From the IMG/VR virus record IMGVR_UViG_3300009037_000003, positions 75,975-139,974 of that record: DNA of 64,000 nt; one strand, 5' to 3'. A program made the position numbers and the translations under genes. Positions within the stretch are counted from its first letter, which is position 1. Every line of letters starts with the position of its first letter. This DNA comes from a virus (lineage: Duplodnaviria; Caudoviricetes). Shown here piece by piece: positions 1-9,573 of this stretch. Below the pieces are notes generated by a model that was given only the letters and a program-made list of their open reading frames with translations, searched no databases and was not told where the DNA came from.

Positions 1-945
1 TTGACTGGACTAGCACATGAGGGATACAGCACCACCATGGCCAAAACTGGTCACGAGTTTTACTTTGTCACGAACAAGAGTTGGCCACAATGGAATGTCC
101 AAGAAAGAGATGTGCCGTCGAATATTCATCTTCTCGGCGGGGAAGATCTAAAACGTCAATTGAACTGCGATATAACTTTTGACCTTGTACTATCTCAAAA
201 ATGTTTAGATCACTATCCAGTACTTAACCAAGTGGCTTGTCAAATGAATATACCGCTGATCGTGTTGCATCACAGTCTGCCATGGATCCCCCCAGTCGGC
301 AATTGGTCGTGGGAGACGGTCAAGGATATTGGGAATCAGCGATGCGACCACAATGTATTTGTAAGTAATTTTAGCGCCGAAGCATGGGGTAGGGATTCCG
401 ACGGCGACAATATTTCTATTATTAGACACGGCATGGATACCGAGTATTGGCAAGGATGGAGCGGCGGCGACGGCAAGATTATGACAGCCGTATGGGATTT
501 TAAACGACGCGATTCAGTTTGTGGCTATTCGTTGTTCCAAGAGGTTACACGTGATTTGCCAGTTAACATCTGGGGCGATTCCCCAGGCGTTTCTGTTATG
601 GCTAAGAACCGCGATCATCTTCGGGACTTATATCGGCAAGCTTCGGTATATTTTAATAGCACACTTTGGTCGTCGTGCCCATTTTCGCTACTTGAAGCAA
701 TGTCAGTTGGATGTCCGATAGTCACTACAGCAACTACCATGATGCCAGAATTCATCCGCGATGGCGTAAATGGTTTTGTATCAAACGACCCAGGAGTTTT
801 GAGGGAAAAGTTGTCGTTGCTTATTTCCGACCCAGTACTCGGCAAGCAGATAGGCGAAGCTGGTCGACGAACAATACTTGAATTATTCAACGAATCGCAA
901 TTTATAAATAAGTGGAATGCTGTTTTTAATACCGTTATGGAATAA
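1..945 (+). CDS. GT4-family (GT-B fold) glycosyltransferase, possibly 5'-truncated by the window edge
   Basis: HGMDT motif, C-terminal 'PFSLLEAMSVGCPIVTT...DGVNGF...GEAGRRTI' Glycos_transf_1 signature. Confidence 0.85.
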   Translation: MTGLAHEGYSTTMAKTGHEFYFVTNKSWPQWNVQERDVPSNIHLLGGEDLKRQLNCDITFDLVLSQKCLDHYPVLNQVACQMNIPLIVLHHSLPWIPPVGNWSWETVKDIGNQRCDHNVFVSNFSAEAWGRDSDGDNISIIRHGMDTEYWQGWSGGDGKIMTAVWDFKRRDSVCGYSLFQEVTRDLPVNIWGDSPGVSVMAKNRDHLRDLYRQASVYFNSTLWSSCPFSLLEAMSVGCPIVTTATTMMPEFIRDGVNGFVSNDPGVLREKLSLLISDPVLGKQIGEAGRRTILELFNESQFINKWNAVFNTVME

Positions 946-980
946 TTCCCGCAAAAAGTGGTCTCCATAAACGTATAATC
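944..980 (+). promoter_or_regulatory. Putative promoter AATTCCC-N2-AAAAA-N14-CGTATAATC
   Basis: TATAAT at 974-979, AAGGAG SD and ATG 996 downstream; same architecture at 63462-63499 (-). Confidence 0.5.
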
Positions 981-995
981 CAGTAAGGAGATATT

Positions 996-1472
996 ATGAG
1001 ACTCAATTTCTGCTATGACAATCAGGCGATGCATAATTTTACAAATATCGGTAAAGAGCCGATAGCGGTATCTGCCGATGGATACGACTACAGACAGGGA
1101 CAGGTTTTGTGTTTGGATTGGATTGCCGATGACAATTCTGTCGAACTCATTAACGCAGGATACAGTTTACATTCTATTCCGATCCAAGATTTACCAGATG
1201 CGATACGCAATTGGAGCAACAAACTAATCAGCAGCGGAGGAGCATTAATAGTAAACATATATGACATCGACGTAGCGGCGATGCATTACTCGAATGGTCA
1301 GATCACTCTACGTGAGCTTAACTCTATTCTCGGGTATGACCGTACTTATAAGGCGGCAATCAGTAGGTCCGAATTAGAGAAATGTCTCGTACAGGCCGGT
1401 TTAGTTATTGAGTCTAAGAGCTACGACGGGATTACATTTACCGTTATGGCTGTACGGGGGTGTCGATGCTAG
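996..1472 (+). CDS. SAM-dependent methyltransferase-like protein (degenerate motif I)
   Basis: 'RLNFCY...FTNI...DNSVELI...SLHSIP...W...L...GGALIV' follows the type-11 MTase pattern (LNLGCG...NID...) but lacks GxG; SD AAGGAG. Confidence 0.55.
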   Translation: MRLNFCYDNQAMHNFTNIGKEPIAVSADGYDYRQGQVLCLDWIADDNSVELINAGYSLHSIPIQDLPDAIRNWSNKLISSGGALIVNIYDIDVAAMHYSNGQITLRELNSILGYDRTYKAAISRSELEKCLVQAGLVIESKSYDGITFTVMAVRGCRC

Positions 1473-2176
1473 TAACCCAATGTAGTCGCTGCTGTTTCTT
1501 TGTCAGCGAGAACAATGTGTGCGGTTTTGGATACGATACAACCCTATTAGATGGCAAATCAGTATCGCTTGGATGTTGTAGATACATGCGAAGCATAGCT
1601 TGGCTAAAGAGATATGTCTCTGGTTGGAAAAACAAACTCGATCAAGAAACTTCTTTAAAAATAGATGCCATTGTTGTGTTCGACGACGATAGACATCGAT
1701 TAGATGATCTGTCGAAGACTATCGGTAGCAATAGGTACGGCGACATAGTTTCTCATACTATTATCGCTGATGTCACCGGGTCTCATAATCGGCTGAATAC
1801 AGCTCTCAACTTTATCAGATCTGGTTGTAAGCAGGTGATCGTCGACATGAGTACGGAGAAAGAATCTCCTATTGAAATAGAAGATACTATTTATCGCATC
1901 AATAGACAATTCGTAAAATCGCCATTCTTTTTGGTAGTCGATGCCGGTAAAGATATACCCGACTTGTTTGTAGCAAAACAGACAATACGCAAAGACCATC
2001 GATCGATTCATTGGTATTTTTCAGAAACAGATGTGCTTAGCGATGGAATTTTCCTATCACGCGGGTACAGCACAATTATGTCTGGAGCATCCAGTATGAC
2101 TTTTACGCAGAGACTAAGATCTGTTGAGACAGAAATGGAAGTAGAACTATCACGGCCACTATATGAATCCAGATAA
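1466..2176 (+). CDS. Hypothetical protein: N-terminal Cys cluster plus GT-A-like remnant
   Basis: CxxC..C..C N-terminus; 'FFLVVDAG' resembles a DXD region; overlaps neighbours in an operon. Confidence 0.55.
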   Translation: MLVTQCSRCCFFVSENNVCGFGYDTTLLDGKSVSLGCCRYMRSIAWLKRYVSGWKNKLDQETSLKIDAIVVFDDDRHRLDDLSKTIGSNRYGDIVSHTIIADVTGSHNRLNTALNFIRSGCKQVIVDMSTEKESPIEIEDTIYRINRQFVKSPFFLVVDAGKDIPDLFVAKQTIRKDHRSIHWYFSETDVLSDGIFLSRGYSTIMSGASSMTFTQRLRSVETEMEVELSRPLYESR

Positions 2177-2924
2177 AGAAAATATCTCAATAGTAATCCC
2201 ATCGCACAATAACGAGGCTACAATTGAAAGGGCCGTACGATCAACGACAATTGGGGCTAGACCTGCAGACGTTGTTGTCGTCGGAGATAACGATAGCAGC
2301 GATGGAACATATGACATACTCTGTGGTATTATCGGAGCTAAACCAGTAACAATTGACGGAAGCACCGGTCTGCCGCCAAAAGCTAGTGGTGTCATTAACG
2401 ACACAAAGGTGATCATATTCAAAAAGCGATTTAGCGCGACAGGAAATACTATCAACACAGCCATCCAAACATATTGGAAAGACGTCACTGTATTTGGATT
2501 TATGGATCCGACAGCTTATTATGGTCCAGATAAGATTAAAAGTTCTGTTGAGGTTATGCAGCAATATCCAACAGTGGCATGCGTCGTCAGCGACTGCGAT
2601 CGTGTACATCCCGATGGTAGAATCGAGAGAATTTTTCGTCCATCGTTCGATGCAGCGAAATTGATGAACAGTTATTGTTATGATGGAAATTATCTTTTGC
2701 GACCGCAAGTTTTTGGCATAATGAAGTATGGATTTAACGATCAGTTATGGTCTATGCATGACTACGATCTACTATTACGGATTGCTGACATAGGTCTGAT
2801 CTACCATGTTCCATCATCGCTGCATACAATTAAGCCAGCCGTGGACAACATAGAGGAACATTGCGAAATGCTACTAGTCCAGAAATTAGCTCGCGGTAGA
2901 AAAGTAAAAAATGAAAAAGGTTAA
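2163..2924 (+). CDS. GT2-family glycosyltransferase
   Basis: 'ISIVIPSHNNEATIERAVRS...VVVGDNDSSDGT...HDYDLLLR'. Confidence 0.85.
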   Translation: MNPDKENISIVIPSHNNEATIERAVRSTTIGARPADVVVVGDNDSSDGTYDILCGIIGAKPVTIDGSTGLPPKASGVINDTKVIIFKKRFSATGNTINTAIQTYWKDVTVFGFMDPTAYYGPDKIKSSVEVMQQYPTVACVVSDCDRVHPDGRIERIFRPSFDAAKLMNSYCYDGNYLLRPQVFGIMKYGFNDQLWSMHDYDLLLRIADIGLIYHVPSSLHTIKPAVDNIEEHCEMLLVQKLARGRKVKNEKG

Positions 2925-3504
2925 AAATCAACAGCACAGACTGGCCGTAAGGAGACAGGCGGATGCCATGCAGGAAATGCAAAAGATAGGAGTACCTATA
3001 AATGACAAGCGACAGAAGATAGGTATTATCTTTGACCATCTTGGTGCTAGTCAATGTGCGTATTTCGGTATTACGAATATCAATAATATATGTCGTACAT
3101 ATGCCGGTATCGATATCGTGATATTTACGCCGCATGTCATACCTCCGTGCATAAAGCCATTATGTCCCGTGTTCAATCTATCGTTTCTTGTGTCATGGGA
3201 TGGTAGTCCGTTGATAACAACATGTCCATTTACTACGACCATAGGGCTAAGTACACGTTGCCACAATTTATACTATTACGCATTCAGTGTCGATCATGTA
3301 AATATCCATAATGATTACAAGAAGTTAAAATCGACTATTACTGATCCACGAGTCAAGACACTAGTTCAGTGTCCTGATCACAAATCGCTACTAGAGCAGG
3401 AATTCGACATATCGGTTTATGATACGATAGTGCCAGATTTTGATTTAGAAAAATTGGTCCGGATAGTGATGGAGGATACAAATGCCGGACATCCCAATAT
3501 ATAA
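2911..3504 (+). CDS. Hypothetical protein (possibly GT-like fragment)
   Basis: 197-aa ORF overlapping both neighbours within the glycosylation cluster. Confidence 0.6.
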   Translation: MKKVKNQQHRLAVRRQADAMQEMQKIGVPINDKRQKIGIIFDHLGASQCAYFGITNINNICRTYAGIDIVIFTPHVIPPCIKPLCPVFNLSFLVSWDGSPLITTCPFTTTIGLSTRCHNLYYYAFSVDHVNIHNDYKKLKSTITDPRVKTLVQCPDHKSLLEQEFDISVYDTIVPDFDLEKLVRIVMEDTNAGHPNI

Positions 3505-4354
3505 GGCAAGTAAGAATGAAATAATCTCCATGCTTTTATCGGTCGGTTATTCTGATAGAAGTTTACGGGATGGCGTTGGCAAGATGTTGTCAAAATCCCA
3601 ATTAGCAAAAAAGCTACGAGACTACAAAATAGACCATAAACCACGAAAAGTAATGAACGATATCGAAGACGAGATAGGGAAACCAGTACGTCAACCAAAG
3701 GAGCAATCGGTGGAAGAAACTACATTATCTAGCACCCCAAATATGACAGATCAGGGATGGACCCAATATGTTCTTGGGCGGTTTTTCGACGAAGAATTAG
3801 ACGGACAGAACCCGAGAGTAGAAGGGCTCAGAAGAGTTGCTAGCTTGCTAGTAGGCGATATAGTAGAGGAAGGATGCGAATTGATACAGGGACCGTGTAG
3901 CGATAATGGATATCGTGCATGTGCCAAAGCGTGGGCGGTGTTTGATACAATTCGCGGAAAGAAACGATTTGAAGCATTGGCGGATGCTTGTCCCGAAAAC
4001 TGTAGCGAAGGATATACCACCTACATAACTGCCATTGCGGATACGCGAGCAAAAGGAAGAGTATATAGGAACGCACTGTATCTACACAGAGTGGTAGCGG
4101 CTGAAGAGTTATCGGAATTTACGAATACCCAGTCGGTCAAAATAGAACATAACTGTGCGTCGGAACTGGCCCGACCAGGGCAGATATCCATGATAACCTT
4201 GATGTTGCAAAAAACACAGCATGATCCTAAGACAATTTTGGGAGAACTCGGGATTCCGTACGTCGAAGGGATAAACGGCGAAGTCGAATGGAAAAAGCTT
4301 TCCTATCAGCAAGCATTGGATTTTATGAACACCCTTAGAGCAAAGAAGGCCTAA
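3482..4354 (+). CDS. Rad52/Sak-like single-strand annealing protein
   Basis: 'VEGLRRVA...ADA.PEN....AIADTRAKGRVYRNAL' (AETRAxxRAxRxAL-type motif) and C-terminal 'ARPGQI' helix. Confidence 0.6.
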   Translation: MPDIPIYKASKNEIISMLLSVGYSDRSLRDGVGKMLSKSQLAKKLRDYKIDHKPRKVMNDIEDEIGKPVRQPKEQSVEETTLSSTPNMTDQGWTQYVLGRFFDEELDGQNPRVEGLRRVASLLVGDIVEEGCELIQGPCSDNGYRACAKAWAVFDTIRGKKRFEALADACPENCSEGYTTYITAIADTRAKGRVYRNALYLHRVVAAEELSEFTNTQSVKIEHNCASELARPGQISMITLMLQKTQHDPKTILGELGIPYVEGINGEVEWKKLSYQQALDFMNTLRAKKA

Positions 4355-4357
4355 TCT

Positions 4358-4849
4358 ATGACAGAACAAAAATTCTTACGAGCACTAGATTTTTACAAAC
4401 CGAAAAACAATGGGGCCGGAGCGGCATCACAGTGGAGCATCGGATCAAAACGGGATTGTGTATTTTTAGAAATGGCTAGTCAAACTACCTCACAGGATGA
4501 TATTGCCAGATTTGATTGGGATAAAAAAATCAAATTTAAACTTGATACGACAGATATCGGAGAGATATTAACGGTGATTAGTGGTTATTCGTCGGGGATA
4601 GGCCCATTGGAAAAGGATGGCTCCAAGCACAAGGGGCTATTCCATTCGAGCAAATCTGGTAACGCAGTTCTAAAGTTCTCGTGCATGACAGATGAAGAGC
4701 ATGGGACGAGACTGTACTATATTGCTCTTAGTGTCAAGAACGCCGTAACCGATGCCGTTAAGACCGTTTCGCATACTCTGACAGAGGCAGAGGTCATTGT
4801 CTTGGGAACAGCTTTGAGAAAAAGCATCGAAGCTATTCTTGACTGGTAG
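4358..4849 (+). CDS. Whirly-like ssDNA-binding protein
   Basis: 'FYK..GAA', 'FDWDKKIKFKLDTTDIGEI', 'LFH', 'LTEAEVIVL...ILDW' align by eye with plant Whirly motifs (YKGKAA, YDWxxKQxFxLxxTEIG, FFH, VTKAEFAVL...LLGW). Confidence 0.65.
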   Translation: MTEQKFLRALDFYKPKNNGAGAASQWSIGSKRDCVFLEMASQTTSQDDIARFDWDKKIKFKLDTTDIGEILTVISGYSSGIGPLEKDGSKHKGLFHSSKSGNAVLKFSCMTDEEHGTRLYYIALSVKNAVTDAVKTVSHTLTEAEVIVLGTALRKSIEAILDW

Positions 4850-5105
4850 GAGACTTATCCTCAATTCTTTCTACGAGAGCCTGCAAGACTCGAACATCGG
4901 TTCGCAAATCGCTAATTGCATCAACGAGATCGGAGATCGACTGGTTAAGGTCTCTGATCTCTTGCTGTTTGAGTTGAAGGTCTAAAATGGCATCTTTGGT
5001 GTGCTGAAACTCGCCACCCATAGAAAACGCAGTACCTGCTACACCTCCAACTACACCTAGTAACAAACCGATAGCGCTTTGCCACGGGGCTATTTTCTTT
5101 ACCAT
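4833..5105 (-). CDS. Small membrane protein with coiled coil (holin-like candidate)
   Basis: One hydrophobic helix then heptad repeats; GGAGG SD before ATG 5105. Confidence 0.5.
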   Translation of the reverse strand: MVKKIAPWQSAIGLLLGVVGGVAGTAFSMGGEFQHTKDAILDLQLKQQEIRDLNQSISDLVDAISDLRTDVRVLQALVERIEDKSPTSQE

Positions 5106-5109
5106 TCCA

Positions 5110-5424
5110 TCATCCTCCATCTATCTTATCAAGAATTGCTGTTTCCCAATCGTTTCTGGTGATGATTAGAAAATTCATTCTACGCTTCCGATAGAACTCT
5201 TCCTTTTTAACCAGTTTTAGGTCCGTACGAACTTCCATCAAGCCGTCGTACTCTATCCATAGATCAAACTGAGGAAGATAAAAATCACAGAATCCGCGAC
5301 TCGGTTTAGGCAGCTTCTTATGGGCTTCATATACTATACCATTACCCATAAGCCAATCTGCAACTCTTGATTCAGATTCCGAATCGTACAACTCGCCGTC
5401 TAACCCTATCGCCTTTTTCCACAT
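5110..5424 (-). CDS. PD-(D/E)xK nuclease
   Basis: 'SESESRVADWL...CDFYLPQFDLWIEYDG'. Confidence 0.7.
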   Translation of the reverse strand: MWKKAIGLDGELYDSESESRVADWLMGNGIVYEAHKKLPKPSRGFCDFYLPQFDLWIEYDGLMEVRTDLKLVKKEEFYRKRRMNFLIITRNDWETAILDKIDGG

Positions 5425-5437
5425 AAGCTGTTTCTAT

Positions 5438-5486
5438 AAAAAAAAGAATGAAGCTATGATCGTTGGCTGAATCAATGCTTCATTCT
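5438..5486 (-). terminator. Rho-independent terminator ending the tail operon
   Basis: AGAATGAAGC...GCTTCATTCT stem followed by T8 on the - strand. Confidence 0.75.
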
Positions 5487-5508
5487 AGTGTGTCCATCAT
5501 GCTATGTC

Positions 5509-6147
5509 TTATAGATATTCTAATTGACAATACATACCGAATGATGTTTTTGAGCCGATGCTCGTAGGACTAGCCGAAATACCGACATACCAATCGTGTC
5601 TGGTGTCTTCTGTATCAACCCCGTTCGGTGACAATCCACCGCTACCTGGACTGCTTAACAGATTTACCACGACACCGTCGCCTGATGGCGTGATCCATCC
5701 GGGATGACTCGCCGGTGCTACTGCTGTACCAGTCGAGCTAACACCAGAGCCGCCATTGCAAATTTGTACTACTTGCGTTAACACGCCTACCGCCCCAGCG
5801 GTAATATCTGATCTATCGTAGATACGAAGTTCGCAGTTTTGTGTCTTGACGGCACTATCAAAAGTAAATCTGATATTGAGTGTTCCGGACTCGATTGGTA
5901 CGCCAGACGGATCGATCGCTGTATCGCCGTTGATGATCACTCCGCTAGCTACTGTGTCAAACTTACAGTTAGTTAGCGATGGTCCCTCTAGTGTTCCGTT
6001 GGAACTACAAACAAAAGTGCTATCCTGATATTCGCCAACTTGCACTGATGTTCCGAAAGATGTTCCGAAAAAGCCGACGCCAGACGAACCAATAGAGTTA
6101 TACGTACCACCACCCTCGCCACCATAAAAAGCAATTGTTGCTGCCAT
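5509..6147 (-). CDS. Putative virion structural protein (paralog of 9554-10189)
   Basis: SD AAGGGGGTG before ATG 6147; Gly/Ser-rich beta protein ending HDWYV...FGM...LEYL. Confidence 0.65.
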   Translation of the reverse strand: MAATIAFYGGEGGGTYNSIGSSGVGFFGTSFGTSVQVGEYQDSTFVCSSNGTLEGPSLTNCKFDTVASGVIINGDTAIDPSGVPIESGTLNIRFTFDSAVKTQNCELRIYDRSDITAGAVGVLTQVVQICNGGSGVSSTGTAVAPASHPGWITPSGDGVVVNLLSSPGSGGLSPNGVDTEDTRHDWYVGISASPTSIGSKTSFGMYCQLEYL

Positions 6148-6180
6148 ATTTACACCCCCTTTCAAAGGTTCAACCGGTTT

Positions 6181-6189
6181 ATTATACAC
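6181..6189 (-). promoter_or_regulatory. Putative phage late promoter GTGTATAAT
   Basis: Intergenic copy of recurrent motif. Confidence 0.6.
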
Positions 6190-6195
6190 CAGCCG

Positions 6196-9100
6196 TTAGT
6201 TATCGTCGGATCCAAGCCAATTCTGCGGGGCTTCATGTATTCCGTCGCTTATATAACCAGAAGCATTATGTCGCAGCCATATTTCCTCGGCTTTTGTAAG
6301 ATAAGCTTTAGAAATGCCGGAAGGTAAAGTGCCGTTTTGCCACGAGATAATGTAGTTAGCCAATTCTTCCGAACTGATAATATTATTAGAGTCAATATCT
6401 GCAGGGTGAATGTCATTACCGTCGGACGAACCTAGAACGCAGAACGCTCCGTCGAAACAAGCCATGTTTGATGTTCCTCCAAGATTCCCTCCAGGAGAAA
6501 TATCACTTTCTGTATTTCTGAGAGCTGTGAACGTAAATCGTATCGACCGTGTGCCAGAAGGAACTCGAACGGTAGTGCTATTTAGATGCCAACCAGCGGT
6601 TCCATCTGGTCCAAACGTATATCCAGACAGCAAAACATCTGAATAAAATTCGAATTTGCCCTCTCCGGTGTCGTTAATCGTTTTTTCTGTAGTAGTCTGG
6701 TATAAGCCGATATAGGCATTAATTAATCCACTATCTATAGCGGACGTAGATATACCTGCATCTATCAGGTCTATGTCTTGCCATACCGACCCAGATGGGA
6801 GGTTGGGTGCCTGAAAATAATAGTCGTGGTCATCATAGGATTCGGGGAAAGAGTAATCGAGAGTGTCGTCGGGGTGCGTGACAGCATAGTTCATCACCGA
6901 AGATGGACTGAAAGGATGGAAGCAGCTATCTGGATCTAATTCGAAATCGAACACTCTCTGTGGGGCATTTATTATCCACGTAGTTCCATTAACGCCGCTA
7001 ACACTGGGCTTTATAATATTAGAGAGAGCAGCGGCCTGCATTCCTTCTACCGAACTATGTGTCGACTGATTATACAGATGTAGGGGAATAACATACAAAG
7101 TCGTATAGTCATAGACAACATACGGATATCTATCCAACGGCGATAGGTTTCCATCCGTAGGAAATTTTTTCGTATTCCACTGTAGCACAGGATATCCGAG
7201 GAACGTATAATAATTACCATCACAGTCTTCTATGATTTCGTTCCGCATTGGGTATCTTATAGGCGTTTCTGGCTCTATAGAATCAATTGTGTATACCCAA
7301 ACGACTGGAAAGTATTCATCGAACTTGCGGTACTCGTCACCAGGAATAACTTCGCCGTTTATATATCTTATCTTGTATTCGAAGTCTATGGTACCGCTAT
7401 ATCGAGCACCAGAAATGATAGCTTGTCCGTCTTGCGTCTTTGTGTGTGTTCGGCGAATCGTTGGGGATGGGGAAACATTCCAAATGTTTATATCACGTTC
7501 CCCGTAATACATCTTTTTTGTCCCCATATAGAACGGAAGATCGTCAGCGACAGACCATGATAATAGATTTTCGCCGAGTTCGCCGGATGAAACATCTTTA
7601 TTGCTACCATGCTCAACGACCAAAAAGATTGTGTAGCATGTAGCAGTATCGCCGCTGGAGTGCGTTCCATGACTAACGCCTATCTGTATTTCGTCTAAAT
7701 CTGCCCATGTCCACGGCAATCCCGTTACTGGGTTGTATGGCCAATCGCACATCGAAAAACCGTTTGCTATTGTAGCAGATCCGTTATGATATGCCCGGAA
7801 ATTTTTATCCCCTGGACATTGATTGTCAGATACATAGTCGGCATATGTAATTCCGGACGGAACACGTATTATGTGGTATTGACAGTCGATCGGTTCAACG
7901 CTTCCGATAGTGTGATCCTGTATGCATGTCCAGATACGATAAATCGGTTGCAATGGTGAGCCGTTTGGCAAATAGTCTTTTATACCGCCCAAGCCGTATC
8001 CGCCAGCTAATGGCTGTTTACCTGAAATTGCCGGTGGACGTTTCAAATAAAATAACGATTGATTGCCAGCTACGGTAGATGAAATACGTGGATCATCTTG
8101 ATTAACAGAAAAAGGATTGCTTTCATTAGGTTGCAAGCATTGATAAGCATAATCTACATCATAATCTGGATAGATAGTACGATTGCCGGTAGCTGTCGTA
8201 TAATCTTGTGATTCGCCATTCCAGTCTATATGCACGACAGTCAACTTAGTACCGTGCGGAATCATGCTATCGGTTGGCGCGCCATATCTAGGGGGTGCTT
8301 CTACGAAATACGGATCACCGCTAGGAACCAGCGCCCCCAATGGGTATTGAGGAAACCATGTATCGTGTTTTCTATCGGTTTCTGCTTCCCAGAAATTCGG
8401 ATCCATTTGCATGGCCGTGAACTGTAGTTTATATCGCGGGTCCCATACTAGACTGGGATCATTTGAGAAGACCGGATCAAAGATCTTTGATGGATATGAT
8501 CCACTGGGTTCTCGGATATCGTTCATTATGATGTTGTTGTAGAAAAATCTACCAGTAGACGCATCGTCCGGATCGGAATCTACTACGGAATAGCCTAGGA
8601 AAACGCTTTGTTGTGATGTGAAAGTACTTTGTTCGTTAACTATATTCGTAGTATGCTGGATGTCCAGTTCCCCGTTAACCCACACATATACCATACCAAG
8701 ATTAGCACCGTAGAAATACTGGCCGCTTCCAAAATTGACAGGTGGCCAAATACTCTGATCATTTCCTGGCAACATGGTGTTAGGGAATTTAGGATGACCA
8801 TTGGCAGGCCACTGATCCATTTGCAGGGGCCTGTTGTAGTTCTCGCTTTCTGCGTCGCGGATAGATGGACAAGTGCCAGGATTGCTTTCATAAGCTTCGA
8901 AAAACGGAACAAATGAATCGACGAATTTGGGGACTAGCGATGTGCCTATTTCGCTGATATCCCACCCCTGACAGGCGTGGACAAAGATCTGTATTTCGTG
9001 CCACTTGTTTGGGGCAAGGTAAATATTGCCGAGTCTATTGTCGCTATTCGGCATCCATGCCGTAGGCAGGTAACCAGTTTCGGGCTGTTGCACATGCCAG

Positions 9101-9573
9101 CTACCGATAACTTCTAAATATCCGTTAACAAGACTTATTGTAAGATCTTCTGAATCCTCATCTCCAAGACCGGTTTTTGTTCTTTGCACGACAACAACAC
9201 TGCCGCCAGGAGTGTTGGTATACATGAAATCAAACTTCAGATAAAATGCACGAACATCAAGCGGTGTTGCTAGCGTATCGCCAAATCCACCAGTGTATAG
9301 TCTACATGCGTTAGTTGGTTCATCGTGTGACCAGGTCTCTAGACAGTATTTGCCGTGACCTCCAAGAACCCCGTATCTACTATATATTTCATCGTGTGAA
9401 ACTATCTGGGCATTGTCTGTCGTCGTATTTGGAATACTGCCAGTACTGTTGTTCCACCCAGTATACGCATACGGAAAGTTCCCCTTGATTTGCGAATCGA
9501 TAGCGCCGGTATGTTCTAAACCGAAACCGAAATGTAGAGTGTACATTCTCATGTTATAGGTATTCGAGCTCAA
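6196..9573 (-). CDS. Large multidomain virion/tail adhesin (LamG-like, carbohydrate-binding-like, C-terminal dockerin/EF-hand-like)
   Basis: 1125 aa in tail module; 'NKWHEIQI..VWVNG', 'WPYNPVTGLPWTWADL', 'VPSGTRSIRF...ACFD', 'HPADIDSNNIISSEEL'. Confidence 0.6.
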   Translation of the reverse strand: MSSNTYNMRMYTLHFGFGLEHTGAIDSQIKGNFPYAYTGWNNSTGSIPNTTTDNAQIVSHDEIYSRYGVLGGHGKYCLETWSHDEPTNACRLYTGGFGDTLATPLDVRAFYLKFDFMYTNTPGGSVVVVQRTKTGLGDEDSEDLTISLVNGYLEVIGSWHVQQPETGYLPTAWMPNSDNRLGNIYLAPNKWHEIQIFVHACQGWDISEIGTSLVPKFVDSFVPFFEAYESNPGTCPSIRDAESENYNRPLQMDQWPANGHPKFPNTMLPGNDQSIWPPVNFGSGQYFYGANLGMVYVWVNGELDIQHTTNIVNEQSTFTSQQSVFLGYSVVDSDPDDASTGRFFYNNIIMNDIREPSGSYPSKIFDPVFSNDPSLVWDPRYKLQFTAMQMDPNFWEAETDRKHDTWFPQYPLGALVPSGDPYFVEAPPRYGAPTDSMIPHGTKLTVVHIDWNGESQDYTTATGNRTIYPDYDVDYAYQCLQPNESNPFSVNQDDPRISSTVAGNQSLFYLKRPPAISGKQPLAGGYGLGGIKDYLPNGSPLQPIYRIWTCIQDHTIGSVEPIDCQYHIIRVPSGITYADYVSDNQCPGDKNFRAYHNGSATIANGFSMCDWPYNPVTGLPWTWADLDEIQIGVSHGTHSSGDTATCYTIFLVVEHGSNKDVSSGELGENLLSWSVADDLPFYMGTKKMYYGERDINIWNVSPSPTIRRTHTKTQDGQAIISGARYSGTIDFEYKIRYINGEVIPGDEYRKFDEYFPVVWVYTIDSIEPETPIRYPMRNEIIEDCDGNYYTFLGYPVLQWNTKKFPTDGNLSPLDRYPYVVYDYTTLYVIPLHLYNQSTHSSVEGMQAAALSNIIKPSVSGVNGTTWIINAPQRVFDFELDPDSCFHPFSPSSVMNYAVTHPDDTLDYSFPESYDDHDYYFQAPNLPSGSVWQDIDLIDAGISTSAIDSGLINAYIGLYQTTTEKTINDTGEGKFEFYSDVLLSGYTFGPDGTAGWHLNSTTVRVPSGTRSIRFTFTALRNTESDISPGGNLGGTSNMACFDGAFCVLGSSDGNDIHPADIDSNNIISSEELANYIISWQNGTLPSGISKAYLTKAEEIWLRHNASGYISDGIHEAPQNWLGSDDN

